DNA of 64,000 bases from Eledone cirrhosa. Taxonomy: Eukaryota. The stretch covers positions 201,500,001-201,564,000 of the forward strand of contig OZ024741.1 of assembly GCA_964016885.1 (NCBI GenBank), written 5' to 3'. Positions 1-12,720 of this stretch are shown piece by piece; the first letter of the stretch is position 1, and every line of letters begins with the position of its first letter. Made by a program: the position numbers and the translations under genes. Below the pieces are notes generated by a model. The model made no database searches. It was not told where the DNA came from and saw only the letters and a program-made list of their open reading frames with translations.

Positions 1-315
1 CCGATAGGGGAGGAAAATACAAGGCATTCAGATGGGAGAGAAAAGGTTGTCAAATACCGAGTGGAAGATTAATGAATGAATGTGGTAGGCTTCTATAGTC
101 ATCGGCTTATTTACAGTTATATGAAGAGGGGGAAGCATGAGAAATATAAGCATGGCATTTACGAAAGGAGAGAGGGATGAGAAAAATCTATGGCTGATGA
201 GGAAATGAAAATAACGGAAGCAGCATGTTATGAAAACTATCAATTCCTTGGTTAGTCAACTCTCTGTGAGTGTGTAGATATGTAATATGTTGATGCATAT
301 ATGCACGTTTATGAG

Positions 316-322
<7 letters not shown>

Positions 323-400
<78 letters not shown>
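323..400. repeat. (TA)n microsatellite
   Basis: Pure TA run; the YIYI ORFs here are artefacts. Confidence 0.97.
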
Positions 401-407
<7 letters not shown>

Positions 408-569
408 CACACATTTATGCTTTGTGGTTCACCAATGGTTAGAACTGGTAATTCCGCTTGGGGCAGGAATGGAGTTAAATACCAGGCTGGGCTCGTAATG
501 TTCCTTTAAAGTTTTCAGTCCAGCCTCCCGTTATTTTAATCAAATTAATAATGAATATATATATATATA

Positions 570-1180
<611 letters not shown>

Positions 1181-1275
1181 CAAGACATGGTCACCTGACC
1201 CAACTTGCCTCAAATGAAACAACCCGTCTAATCCATGCTAGCGTGGAAAGTGGTCATTAAACAATGATGATGATG

Positions 1276-1324
<49 letters not shown>

Positions 1325-1349
1325 CGTGAGTGAATAATGATAATATCAT

Positions 1350-1525
1350 AATATTATTAATATTAGGTTTGTTCACAAGCAAACAGCCTCATAAAACACC
1401 ACGCAGTAGAGGTAATGACGTCATCCTTTTGTTCCAGCGGTAGCTAAGAGAAAACAATCGACAATTTACAATTGTTAATTGTTTCGGGACGTCTTGCTCC
1501 TTGTCAAGATTGTGTATTCTCTCGT
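1350..1525 (-). mobile_element. Short HHR-bearing repeat; second copy at 21122-21282 (+)
   Basis: Shared segments GCTGGAACAAAAGGATGACGTCA and ATGAGGCTGTTTGCTTGT. Confidence 0.7.
1454..1513 (-). ncRNA. Type I hammerhead ribozyme, U3-A8 core, extended stem III
   Basis: Minus strand: acaatc TTGACAA ggagcaagacgtccc GAAA caattaacaattgtaaattg TC gattgt; 6-bp stem I. Confidence 0.7.
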
Positions 1526-1719
1526 TTCTGCTATCTGCTGGAACTGCTGAGAATACACAGTATTGTCAAATGTATACATCGGCTGATTAGCCACATTTGC
1601 ATATTTTAGTGATTTTAAGGCTGGCTTTGCCGAAAATTAAAAAACAAAATTTGTTTTCGCTCTTAACTTAGCTCTCCACCACGTTAAGAGTGAAAACAAA
1701 TTTTGTTTATATATATATA

Positions 1720-2800
1720 AGGAAAAGAAATCGAAAATGCAACTGGAGTCTTTTTTTTAAATATTTATTTATTTCCTTTACCGGTTTCACAGTTCTTATG
1801 CTTTTCAAAAGTAAAATTGAGATGAAGGGTTTGTGGCTTGTCTCGCATCAGGTTTGTATTCGAAAGTTCTTCCTGTTTTATGTGGAAAGTGTGGCTCAAA
1901 TTGCTGGGGTGGGGGCTAAAAGGAATTTGGTTGGTTGATGACTGTCACATGAATAAGTACATCAAATCGCGCTAATTCGTTACATAATTGGCCATATAAT
2001 ATAGATGCCAGAAAAGGATCTTTGGAAGTCCGTAAAGGTTGTTGGTTTTGCATTCAAAATCGCGTTCCTTTTTAGTTAAGTCTTTCTGGACAAATGAATG
2101 CGTTTAATATGGTCATCATTTTTCATTGCTGGTAGTTGTTTACTCTTTCATAGTAGTTAGTGTCTTGTAAGAGAGAGCATTTTTATAATGTTCAGCATCC
2201 ATAATGACGACAGTGCTTCCCTTATCCGGTTCCTTAATTATAATGCCAGTATTGTTTTTTAATTCATGGATAATCTCCCAGTCCCTTCGACTCGTGTTGG
2301 GTTTGGGTTTAGGTTGTGGTAGTTCGTGGCATGGGAAAGTTGATATGTGGTCACAAAATTTGTCCAAAACTCTGTTCCTGCCTTTTTTGGGGTTGTAGCT
2401 GGTTCGGTTTGTTGATGGTCCAGGCTGTAATGTTTGTTCCTTTGTGTGGGATGGGATCTACGATTTTGTAATAAGTTCTGTGTGGGTTGGGATCTACGGT
2501 TTTGGAACAGGTTCTGTGTGGGCTGTGATCTGCGGATCGGGTCCTGTCTGGTGTTAGGGGGTGCTCGGGTTTTTTTTAGTAGGGTTATAATTTTGTCTAT
2601 GGATTCTAGGATTATCGTCATAATTTTACTGGCGGTATGTTTGACGTTTTGTTACTTTTTTGTTGTTTGTTGTGAGTGTAGTGTGTGAATTTTAGCTTGT
2701 TTTAAAAATAGGTTACCTGTATGGCGTTTTTTTCTGAAATCCATTACATAGTTGTTGAAACAGGTGATGTTTTTTTCCCCATCGTTGGAAGGATGTTAGT
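1720..2800 (-). mobile_element. Degenerate, deleted Penelope-like element
   Basis: IIIKEPDKGSTVVIMD resembles the PLE IKxADKG motif (ORF 2140-2367); 36-bp tandem repeats near 2440-2545; HHR and (TA)n at the 3' end. Confidence 0.6.
1772..1815 (-). ncRNA. Minimal type I hammerhead, U3-A8 core
   Basis: Minus strand: tttactt TTGAAAA gca-taagaac-tgt GAAA C cg GTA aaggaaa. Confidence 0.7.
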
Positions 2801-3190
2801 TCTTCATTCTCACAATTTTCTTTCCAAAGTTTGAAGGATTTTTTCATAGAGTAGGCCTAAAAAATATATTTCTATTTTCTACTCTGCCACCACCATCGCC
2901 GCCGCCAAAGGTATCGTCACAAACATTCAATTTATTTCAATAGAAAGTCTGAATGTTGACACCTCAGCACGACATCAGCCATACTCACTAAACCAGAATT
3001 ATTCCCCTCCCCCCTCTCCCATTTCTTGACCATTATCTTATGTTTGGCACAAAACTTTCTATGACAAACCATCCTTTTCTGGTACCTATATTATATGGCC
3101 AATCATGTGACGAACTGGCGCGAAAAACGACGATTATATTACATATATATATATACACACACACACACGCATATATATATATATACTTTG

Positions 3191-3229
<39 letters not shown>

Positions 3230-3236
3230 TTTGGGT

Positions 3237-3267
<31 letters not shown>

Positions 3268-3300
3268 CTTTGGGTACATATATATATATATATATATATA

Positions 3301-3570
<270 letters not shown>

Positions 3571-3572
3571 TA

Positions 3573-3804
3573 TGTAGAGTATGCAAGCAGACACCAAATG
3601 ATTACGTTTGTTGACTGGACCAGTGATTGCCATAGTACAACGGGAGAAAAGGGAAACAACTCTAACGTTTAATGATTGGCGTTTACAGCTAGCATCCAGG
3701 AAACTAACGGCTAAAAGATATCAGTCATGAAATAATATCTGTCTACAAAACATACACTTTAGTGTTGTCTCTTCTTGGTCTATGTAGTGCGACAGCAAGC
3801 TATA
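3573..3804 (+). repeat. 5' LTR
   Basis: TGTAGAGTATGCAAGCAGAC...GCAAGCTATA, followed by the PBS. Confidence 0.9.
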
Positions 3805-6484
3805 TTTGGTGACCCGCAACGTGATCATGACAAGCGAAAACACCGTTACAATGAAGCTACCCCAATTCTGGCCCAAAAGAGCCGAGATATGGTTCGCACA
3901 AGTGGAGGCCCAGTTTATTGACAAAGTACTCGTATGTGACGGCAGCACACAACCAAGATACGGCAACTCGAGTGTTAGACATCTTAATCAAACCACCGGT
4001 TAAGAATATATACGAAAAGCTCAAACATAGGGTCGTGGAAACCTTCAAGCTGAGCAAGAATGAAACAGCAGCTTGTATACTCGACATAGAAGGCTTAGGC
4101 CACCCAAGCCTTCAGAATTAATGGATAAAATGCTGGTTTCAGTGCCACCGGCTGAGACACAGGATTTATGTTCGAAGAGGTATTCCTGCGCCAGCTACCC
4201 CCTCAAATTTGGTCTCTCTTAACTCAGACCGGGATCAAGAACTTACGACGCGAGTTGGTGAAGGCAGCAGACAAACATTTTTTTTCTAAGGGCGTTACAA
4301 TCAACGCCATGAGGGCAAGCCCAAGTCACAGCACGGTCACACAAAGTGACCTTTGTTTTTACCACCAAAGGTTTGAGTAAGAGCTTCAAGGTGCAGGGCA
4401 CCATGTAAATTCAAGAAACTGTTACCAGCATCTCCGGGAATCGGCAAAGCCGGCCGACAAAGACGATGAACTGTTCCTGTACGTCCAGGATCAAATCTTC
4501 AAGCAAAAATTCCTAATCGACACAGGAGCAGAAATTAGCGTCCTCCCGGCATTTACAACAGACTTCCGTTACGGACCGCGAGGTCAATCTTTGACAGCCG
4601 CCAACTGGTCTACAATAAGAACTTATGGTCACCGCACCCTCACCCTTTACATAGGCTCACAAAACTATACATGCATATTCGCCATCGCGGATGTCCACCA
4701 ACCTGTTATGGAAGCCGACTTCCTCCGGGCTAAATCCCTGCTGGTCAATCTTCAAGGGAGACAACTTATCAACAGCAGTGTCTACTCATCCGTTTCCCTG
4801 TAACGATTGACACAAGAATAAACAGGTAGAATGGGACGGAGCAATGACCTCGGCCTTCGAATCCACGAAGAAGCTCTGGCGAAAGCAACCATGTTCTCCC
4901 CCCCCCCACATGTCAACACCAACCGCACTCACGGTAGATGCATCTGATATGATACAGCCATTGGCGACGTTTTGGAACAATGCATCGGTAATCAGTAGCT
5001 TTCTTCAGTCGGCAAATTCGACCGCCTGAATAGAAATACAACACTTTCGACAGGGAACTGCTAGCTACACATTTAGGTGTTCGACAATTTCACTACTTTT
5101 TGCAAGGCCGATCGTTCACGATTTACACAGACCATAAACCACTCGCCTTCGTTATGAACAACCCACCAGAGCCATCGTCCGCACGTCAGCAGCGACAATT
5201 ATAATTGTCGCTGTCGAATGTCGGTGGTGTATTCGGAAATGGCTAATAATTATTAGCCATTTCCGAATACACCACCGACATTCGATATATCTCTGGAAAA
5301 AGCAACCCAGTTGCCGACGCACCCTGAAGAGCCCCTAGTGACTCTAGGTATCTACATAACCACGGTGATGGAAGGTATAGACTACGAGACTATAGCTGTA
5401 GCCCAACAAACAGATGATGACGTCAAGGTCAACCGCACCGGAGTCACTTCACTATCCTTGCGAGACGTACACGTAGACGCAGGCGGAACAACCTTTTTGC
5501 GACGCATCCACAGCCAATCATTCCAACTGCCTAGCGACGCAGAGCTTTTGACATCGTTCATGGACTCTCCCACCCCCGTACTAGAACCACACGCCGACTG
5601 ATGTCACGCAGATTTGTCTGGCACGGAATGGCCAAACAAGTCGGAGAGTGGACCAAAACCTGTGATCCCTGCAAGCGAGCCCAAATCCACAGGCCCGTTT
5701 CGGCCACGTCAACATAGACCTCATCGGCCTCCTACCAACTTCGCTGGGCTGCTCATACCCCTTTAACCATAGAGGACCGAGAACTTTTTGGCATGAACAT
5801 GAAACACAACACAGAACAGCCTATCACCCCGCAGCCAATGGCTTAGTCGAGCGATGCCACCGCCGCTTGAAGGAGCCCCTCGTGACTCGACTTAATGGAC
5901 CCAAGTGGATCAACCAGCTGCCATGAATAATGTCGAGAATCCGCACTGCCCCAAAGGAAGACCTGAACACTTCGTCCGCTGAAATGGTGTACGGCGTTTC
6001 TCTTACTGTATTCGGCGAATTCGTTCTAAATACGAAACCAGACCCTGATACTAAAGTATATCTCGATCAGCTGAGATAAAATGTAAGCCTGAGCCCCTTG
6101 TCAACACACGGCATGCCAAGGTCCTCTGTCCTAAATGATCTCCGGAGGGCAACATTTGTGTTCATACGTCGCGACGCACGGCGAAAATCATTTCAGCCAC
6201 CGTACGACAGACCACATGAAGTAATTCATCCAGGGGACAAATCATTTCAGCTCCGGATCGGAGGACGACAAGATACGATTTCCATCGAGAGATTGAAACC
6301 AGCCCACCTAGACATTGAAAGACCCCTTCAAGTGGATCAACAATGAAACAGGGTAGTCCTAGACAAGTCACACTGACTCCTAATGATGAACACTCTCTAA
6401 AGAGCCAGTTAACTGCATGAACAGGACGGGTAGTGAAGATACCATATCTGTTTCAGTGACAATCAACAGTCTGGTGGGGAGCTA

Positions 6485-6697
6485 TGTAGAGTGTGCAAGC
6501 AGACAGCAAATGAGTTACGTTTGTTGACTGCACCAGTTATTCCGATAACGCAACGGTAGGCAAGGGAAATAACTCTAGCGTTTAATATTTAATAATTCTG
6601 GCGTTTACAGCTAACGTGCAGAAAACTAACGGCTAAAAGATATGTCATGAATAAATATGTCTACAAAATCCACAGTCCATATAGCGCGAAAGCAAGC

Positions 6698-6701
<4 letters not shown>
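6485..6701 (+). repeat. 3' LTR
   Basis: TGTAGAGTGTGCAAGCAGAC...GCAAGCTATA, preceded by TGGTGGGGAG. Confidence 0.9.
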
Positions 6702-6771
<70 letters not shown>

Positions 6772-6786
6772 AATATATATAATATT

Positions 6787-7051
6787 TATTAGACTATATA
6801 TATGTGTTTGTGTCTATATTATATCTGTATTTTTGACCGTTGGTCAGTCAATGGTAACATTGAGGACCGAATAAATTAAATTAACCGATATAAAAGACAG
6901 AAGCGAACACCAACCAAACAGTGAGTGTGTTCTGTTATTAATTCTGGCAATATTATTACAAAATATGACCCTCCCCAAGTATAACAATATATATATATAT
7001 ATATGTTATTAATTCTGGCAATATTATTACAAAATATGACCCTCCCAAGTA

Positions 7052-7112
<61 letters not shown>

Positions 7113-7489
7113 ATACTTGGGGAGGGTCATATTTTGTAATAATATTGCCAGAATTAATAACAGAACACAGTCACTGTTTGGTTGGTTTTCGCTTCTGTGT
7201 CTTTTATATCGGTTAATTTAATTTATTCGGTCCTCAATGTTACCATTGACTGACCGACGGTCAAAAATACAGATATAATATAGACACAAACACATATATA
7301 TAGTCTAACAAAGTTCTTTCGTTGCACATCTGCAACATCGTCAGTGGTGCTATTATGTTTCCTCCTGTTGTATTGTATGCCTACGCCATCTTTATTTGTT
7401 AGACTATATATATGTGTTTGTGTCTATATTATATCTGTATTTTTTACCGTTGGTCAGTCAATGGTAACATTGAGGACCGAATAAATTAA

Positions 7490-7490
<1 letters not shown>
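6787..7490. mobile_element. Complex tandem and inverted pseudo-LTR-like array in (TA)n
   Basis: Unit 6787-6990 (+), terminal re-copy 7003-7056 (+), inverted unit 7107-7312 (-), partial unit 7396-7490 (+); terminus ATGACCCTCCC(C)AAGTATAAC resembles 53410-53430. Confidence 0.75.
7307..7348 (-). ncRNA. Degenerate hammerhead
   Basis: Minus strand: acca CTGACGA t gttgca-gatg-tgcaac GAAA G aa CTT tgtt; weak stem I. Confidence 0.5.
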
Positions 7491-7522
<32 letters not shown>

Positions 7523-7524
7523 TG

Positions 7525-7624
<100 letters not shown>

Positions 7625-8070
7625 AGAGAGAGAGTGTGTGTGAGGGTGTGTGTATGTATATGTATCTCCATGTACAATTTCTACATGTGAGAGAGTGAGT
7701 GTGCGTAGGCATTTTATGCAAATGTGTTGTGTATGTGTGATTGTATATACGGGGATATATTTCTTTATTTCTTTATTTATATCCGCTAATTTTGTTGTTT
7801 AAAACAGTTTTTTTCTTGTAATGCTCAGGATAAGTGTCTGTTGAATTCTAGGCTCGTGTTTGGTCATTCTATATACTTGTTTGTGTCTTTGCTGGTTCGT
7901 CCACAGATTTGATGTGATTTTCGTTGTTAACACTGGTCTGAGGATCAGGCAAACTTGGAGTCTGGTCTGGGGTGCCTACCCTGATCACGAGCCAGCTACT
8001 TGAGAAACATTTGTAACCAGGATTGAGTAATAAATCTCCTATGTAACACCTTCACTTTGTTCTTATTATA

Positions 8071-8259
8071 TGGTGGATTGGCAGTATCGGTAGAGGGTCG
8101 GACGCCATGCTTTGACGCATAAAGTTACGGCCCTTGCCATTCTGAGTTCAAATCCCGCCGAGGTTAACTTTGCCTTTCATCCTTACGGGGTCGATAAAAT
8201 AAAGCACCAGTAATGCACTGGGTAATTGCTGGCCTTGTGCCAAAAAGTAGAAACAATTA
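8071..8259 (+). mobile_element. tRNA-derived SINE, family A, full length
   Basis: A-box TGGCAGTATCGG, B-box GAGTTCAAATCC, core GGGGTCGATAAAATAAAG; more than ten copies in the window. Confidence 0.9.
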
Positions 8260-8479
8260 TATATATATATATATATGTATCTGTGTGTTTCTAAATATAT
8301 ATATATATAGTAATAATAATAAATTTGAAGACTAAAATCCAAAGAGGGCTCGATAAGGATAAATATATATCAAATATATAAGAACCGTAGAGCAAATATT
8401 TATTAAAATAACAGATTAAAGTTTAAGCAAAGAATCGCTGCTTTCACCCTTAACGGAATATTATTGTAAAATTTTTTAT

Positions 8480-8640
8480 TTCTTGTCCAAATCTTTAAAG
8501 TTTTATCTTAGTTTCTTGTCCTATTCTTTCAAAGTTTTATCTTAGTTTCTTGTCCTATTCTTTCAAAGTTTTATCTTAGTTTCTTGTCCTATTCTTTTAA
8601 AGTTTTATTTTAGTTTCTTGTCCTGTATTTTTAAAGGTTT
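8480..8640. repeat. Minisatellite, about 33-34-bp unit, 4-5 copies
   Basis: TCTTAGTTTCTTGTCCTATTCTTTCAAAGTTTTA repeated. Confidence 0.85.
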
Positions 8641-8899
8641 ATATTCCAACAATATTACTTTTTTTTGCTGTACGCATTTTTCTATCTGGTATTACATATG
8701 TTTCACTATCGATTAGTTCGAGGAATGAATGACCTATTATTGATCGAACCTGACTCTGTAATCGAAAGATCATCAAATATGTTTTTTTAATGTGATCCCG
8801 TACCCGATTCTATGCGTGAAGTTCTCTAGCTAGTAGATATATACAGCGCATTCTAATGTGTGGTATTCTGTGTCCACTCATTGATTCATTATCTCATCA

Positions 8900-10400
8900 T
8901 CATCATCAGTCTATCCCCAAATTAACGCCTGTCTCTCATCCGGTCAAGCTGTCGTGTGTGTTCATGCATGGAAGACCGTCGGCCTGCCTCTCACTGATAG
9001 ACTTGATTGTATATCCCTCAAGTGTTCAGCGAAACGTTCAGCCAAGCGGTAGTCTGTTTGTCCAATGTATATGGACTGCAAGGGGAACAACGGCGGGTAT
9101 AGATTACTTGGGTGAATGTGCAGGTGAAGTAGTGGTGGATACGGAATGAGCCGTTTATGCCTGTGAGAGTGGTGAGGTTAGAAATGAAGGGACAGGTGTT
9201 ACAGCGGGGATGAGAACAGGGACAAGAGCTGGGTGGAGTCTTAGGAGGGGAAAGAAAGGAACTGCATACCAGGAGAGTGCTGAGATTACGGGTTCACTTA
9301 AAGGCGATGATGGGTAGTTCAGGAAAGAAGTGAGAAGTGACAGGGTCAGAAGAGAGGATGCGGAAGCAAAGGAGGATATGTTGCCAGAGAGGTAGAGTGA
9401 TTGGGTGGTAGGTGAGGGGAAAGGAAGGCAGGTGTTAGGAGGGTGGTGGTGGGGTGAGAGGGCTGTGTTATGGTCAGTTTCCACGTTGGATGAAGTGGGA
9501 GGCTATGTGCTGGGTCTGGGTCTCAAAATTGAAGACAGAGGCATTGAAAGTAAGGTATGGAGAGTTTGGTGCAGGTGGGATGGGAGAAGGTGAAGTGGAG
9601 GTAGGAGTGGGATTCATGCATTTATAGAAGATGGAGGTAGAGAGAGTGTGGTGAGTGTGGTCAATAGACAGAGAGATGTTGATAAATTGGAATGAAGAGT
9701 TGGAGAGAGGTAGTGAAGGTACGGGCAGAGAAGATCCAGGCCTCATCGTAGTTAACGAACAAGATGGCTTAGTTAGGGCCCAAACCAGAGACCTGTTAGA
9801 AAAACTCTCCAGAAAAGGGAAAAAAACATTCAGAGTGAGAACGAGTAGAAATGCTAGGGTAGGGTGTATGGCGCAAGTCTAAAAAATGTCTATTAAAGCT
9901 GTTGTGTAGAGATAGTGATAATGTCCATGGTAAGGAGAAGGCAAGAGGGGCCAGAAGAGAAAGAGAAGGAGTTAAACAGTTGAAGGGAATGATTAGTGTC
10001 ATGGATGTGGGAGGGAATGTTGGTACTAGTGGGGACGAGGAAGGTGTCAAAGTTTTCGGAGTTTATTTCGGTAGGGAAGTTACAGGTGGAAGCGATAGAG
10101 TGGCCAGGGCTATCAGGTTTATATATCTTAAGAAGGAAGTAGATGGTGGGTGTATGAGGGGGCATACTATAAGATTAGTAGCAGTAAAGGAGAAGGAGAG
10201 AGAAGAAGATGAGTAAATAACTGGTGGAGGACATGAGCTGTTGGTAGCCTGGGGTGGGGTTAAAGGATAAAGGCTGGTAAAATTGGGTGTTGTGAAGCTG
10301 GCGGAAAGCTTCAGTCCTGTAGAGGTCTGTAGGCCACACCACCATGACACCAGCTTTATCAGCGGGTTTGACGACAATGTCATCGCAGCGCTGTTGACTG
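8900..10400 (-). mobile_element. Degenerate Penelope-like element (RT plus C-terminal GIY-YIG)
   Basis: DDIVVKPADKAGVMVVW (ORF 10175-10441); IYIGQTDYRLAERFAEHLRDI near 9010-9075; similar to 55570-56690. Confidence 0.85.
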
Positions 10401-10534
10401 CGCATATATATATATATGTATATATGTATATATGTATACATATATATATCATCATCTCATCATCTTCGTTTAACGTCCATCTTCCACGCTAGAGAGAGAT
10501 ATAGATATAAATATATATAAATATATATATATAT

Positions 10535-10680
10535 ATTTATTAAAATAACAGATTAAAGTTTAAGCAAAGAATCGCTGCTTTCACCCTTAACGAGATCTTC
10601 TGAAACTAAGAAAAATCAATCTGTGAACGCAGTAGTAAATATTTCGAAAAACATTGCAGCCGAAGGAAAACAGGAAGACG
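10535..10680 (-). mobile_element. TA-embedded terminus family with CAGA-core hammerhead-like motif
   Basis: Other copies at 8397-8457 (-), 29205-29322 (-) and 52752-52912 (+). Confidence 0.7.
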
Positions 10681-10718
10681 ATAATTTGGTTGTATATATA
10701 TACATATGTATATATGTA

Positions 10719-10763
<45 letters not shown>

Positions 10764-10894
10764 GTGAGGTTTTTTTTACAAAATGAAATATAACCGAGGT
10801 GTCCTACACGAGTGAAAGTATAAAGAAAAAGAGATGAAATCGAAAATGCAACTGGAGTCTTATTTTTTTTTTAAATATATATATTTATTTGGTT

Positions 10895-10932
10895 CCTTTA
10901 CCGGTTTCGCAGTTCTTCTGCTTTTCAAAAGG
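10895..10932 (-). ncRNA. Minimal type I hammerhead, U3-A8 core
   Basis: Minus strand: cctt TTGAAAA gcag-aagaa-ctgc GAAA C cg GTA aagg; all stems Watson-Crick. Confidence 0.8.
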
Positions 10933-10974
10933 TGAGTTGAGATGGAGGATCTGTGGTTTTTCCCACTATATATA

Positions 10975-12380
10975 TAGGGCGGATAAAATTGCTGAGATCC
11001 TTGGACGAGTTCTCTCCAGTGGTCTCTGTCCCTCATCATCGCCGCCATGTCCTGCATCTCCCAGGGCATCAATATTTATCAACCTCAGTATCCTCCGTGT
11101 TACTTTCAAGCTGACATTTTGGAGGCTCCTGTACAGCTCTGAGTTCTTCATCCTCAGTGTATACTGATTAATGTTCAGAGCCATCCTCATCTGAGTGAGT
11201 CTCTTGGTCAGTACCCAACAAGTCTCAGACCCGTACAGCAGCACAGACTCCACTGTAGCAACAAAGAGACGGATCTTCAGGTCTTTACAAAGGTTCAACT
11301 TCCACACCGATCTCAAACTGTGACACGTCACCCAGGCTTTGCTCTTCTTCTCCCCAACATCATCCTCTGTGTTCCCAGTCTTTGCTCCCAGATACAAGAA
11401 GTCCTCAACCAACTCTAACGGCTTCCTGCCTAGATTCATAATCTTCTTTGGCTTCTTAATATTCTCTACCAGATACTTCGTCTTAGTCTCATCCATTCTC
11501 AGCCCCAAACTCATCAACAGAGTCTCCACCTCTTGCATCAACTCCTCTGCTTCCTTCACTGTGTTTGTCACCAGAACTATGTTGTCAGCAAATTCAGCAT
11601 CTGATATCTTTTTAGCCTTAACTCTCCTACTCTGAGCCAGTGCTACAGTAAAGTCCTGGTGTTTCTCCAGGGCAAGGCACATACAATAGTCCACTGCAAT
11701 GATAAAAAGGTAGGGAGCCAATGTATCTCCCTAGAGCACTCCAGCCAGTATCTCAAAGAACTCCGTCATCCCGTCAGGTGTAATGACTTGGGCTTTGGTG
11801 TTGGTGTAGAGCAGTGATATCAGGTCCACTATCTTCTTGGGGATTCCATAAACCTGTAAGATCTTCATCAGGCAGTGACAGTCAACAAAATCAAAGGCCT
11901 TCCTGCAGTCAATGAAAACCATGACAACAGGAAAGCTCTTTGCTCTAGCTTCTTCTAAAATTCTTCTCAGCATCAGGATGTGACAGGTGGTTGATCTTTC
12001 CTCTTTGAAGCCATTCTGGTTCTCCCTAAGCTTCTCCATCTCAGGTTGGATCCTGTTAAGAATCATCCTGTTGAGGGTCTTTGCCACAAGTGGTGTCAGT
12101 GAGATACCCCTGTAGTTGTTGGTGTAGATAGATCTCCCTTCTTTGGCCATGGGACGATGTTACTGATCCTCCACTGATTCGGGGCAACTCCTTTCTCCAG
12201 TGCCTGGTTACAGAACTCCAGGATGTTATCATCAAAATCACACCTCTTCATCACCTCTGATGCCACTCCATCTTCTCCATGGGCCTTGTCCTCCTTGACC
12301 TTCTTCTTGGCTCTCTGAAGCTCATTTCTTGCAATGGGTTCCTCAAATAGCTGTCTGATCTCCCCAGTGTTTTGGGCTGT
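10975..12380 (-). mobile_element. RTE-like LINE, 5'-truncated RT pseudogene
   Basis: NNYRGISL, ENQNGF, FIDCRKAFD, GVL*GDTLAPYLFII, EFADNI, ESVLLYGSET. Confidence 0.9.
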
Positions 12381-12464
12381 ATATATATATATATATATAT
12401 ATGAAAATATGGGTGAGAAGAATACTACTGGTTGCACATGGATAACATATATATATATATATAA

Positions 12465-12720
12465 AATTTAGAAGGGACAACGTGCTGTGTGGTTACTAAA
12501 AACGAGTGTTTAGAAGTATAAGGAAAACACAAACAAAGGACAGATCCCCCTCTTCAGTTGTCTGCTGTGGGTCTTTGACGTTTTGACACATCAAAGACAA
12601 TATGTCTATCCATAGTGTGTCAATAATTGGAAAGTTATTGGGGAAAGAAAAAACAAGGAGATGATGGTGAAGAGAAAGAAAATAAATAAACAGAAGAAAA
12701 AAAAGGAGAAGAAAAAAACA
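12465..12720 (-). mobile_element. TA-anchored repeat, similar to 45345-45890
   Basis: Shared TGTGTGGTTACT...TCAGTTGTCTGCTG...AAAGACAATATGTCTA. Confidence 0.6.

Larger units (their letters stand above)
3573..6701 (+). mobile_element. Ty3/Gypsy LTR retrotransposon, degenerate, most of RT deleted
   Basis: LTRs 3573-3804 and 6485-6701; PBS TGGTGACCCG at 3807; PPT before 6485; gag KLPQFWP..IWFAQVEAQF; protease FLIDTGAEIS; RNase H LTVDASD and IYTDHKPL; integrase YHPAANGLVERCHR; C-terminal DTISIERLKPA. Confidence 0.93.

Noticed and set aside
186-215. CTGATGA...GAAA
   Set aside because: No stem II or stem I pairing
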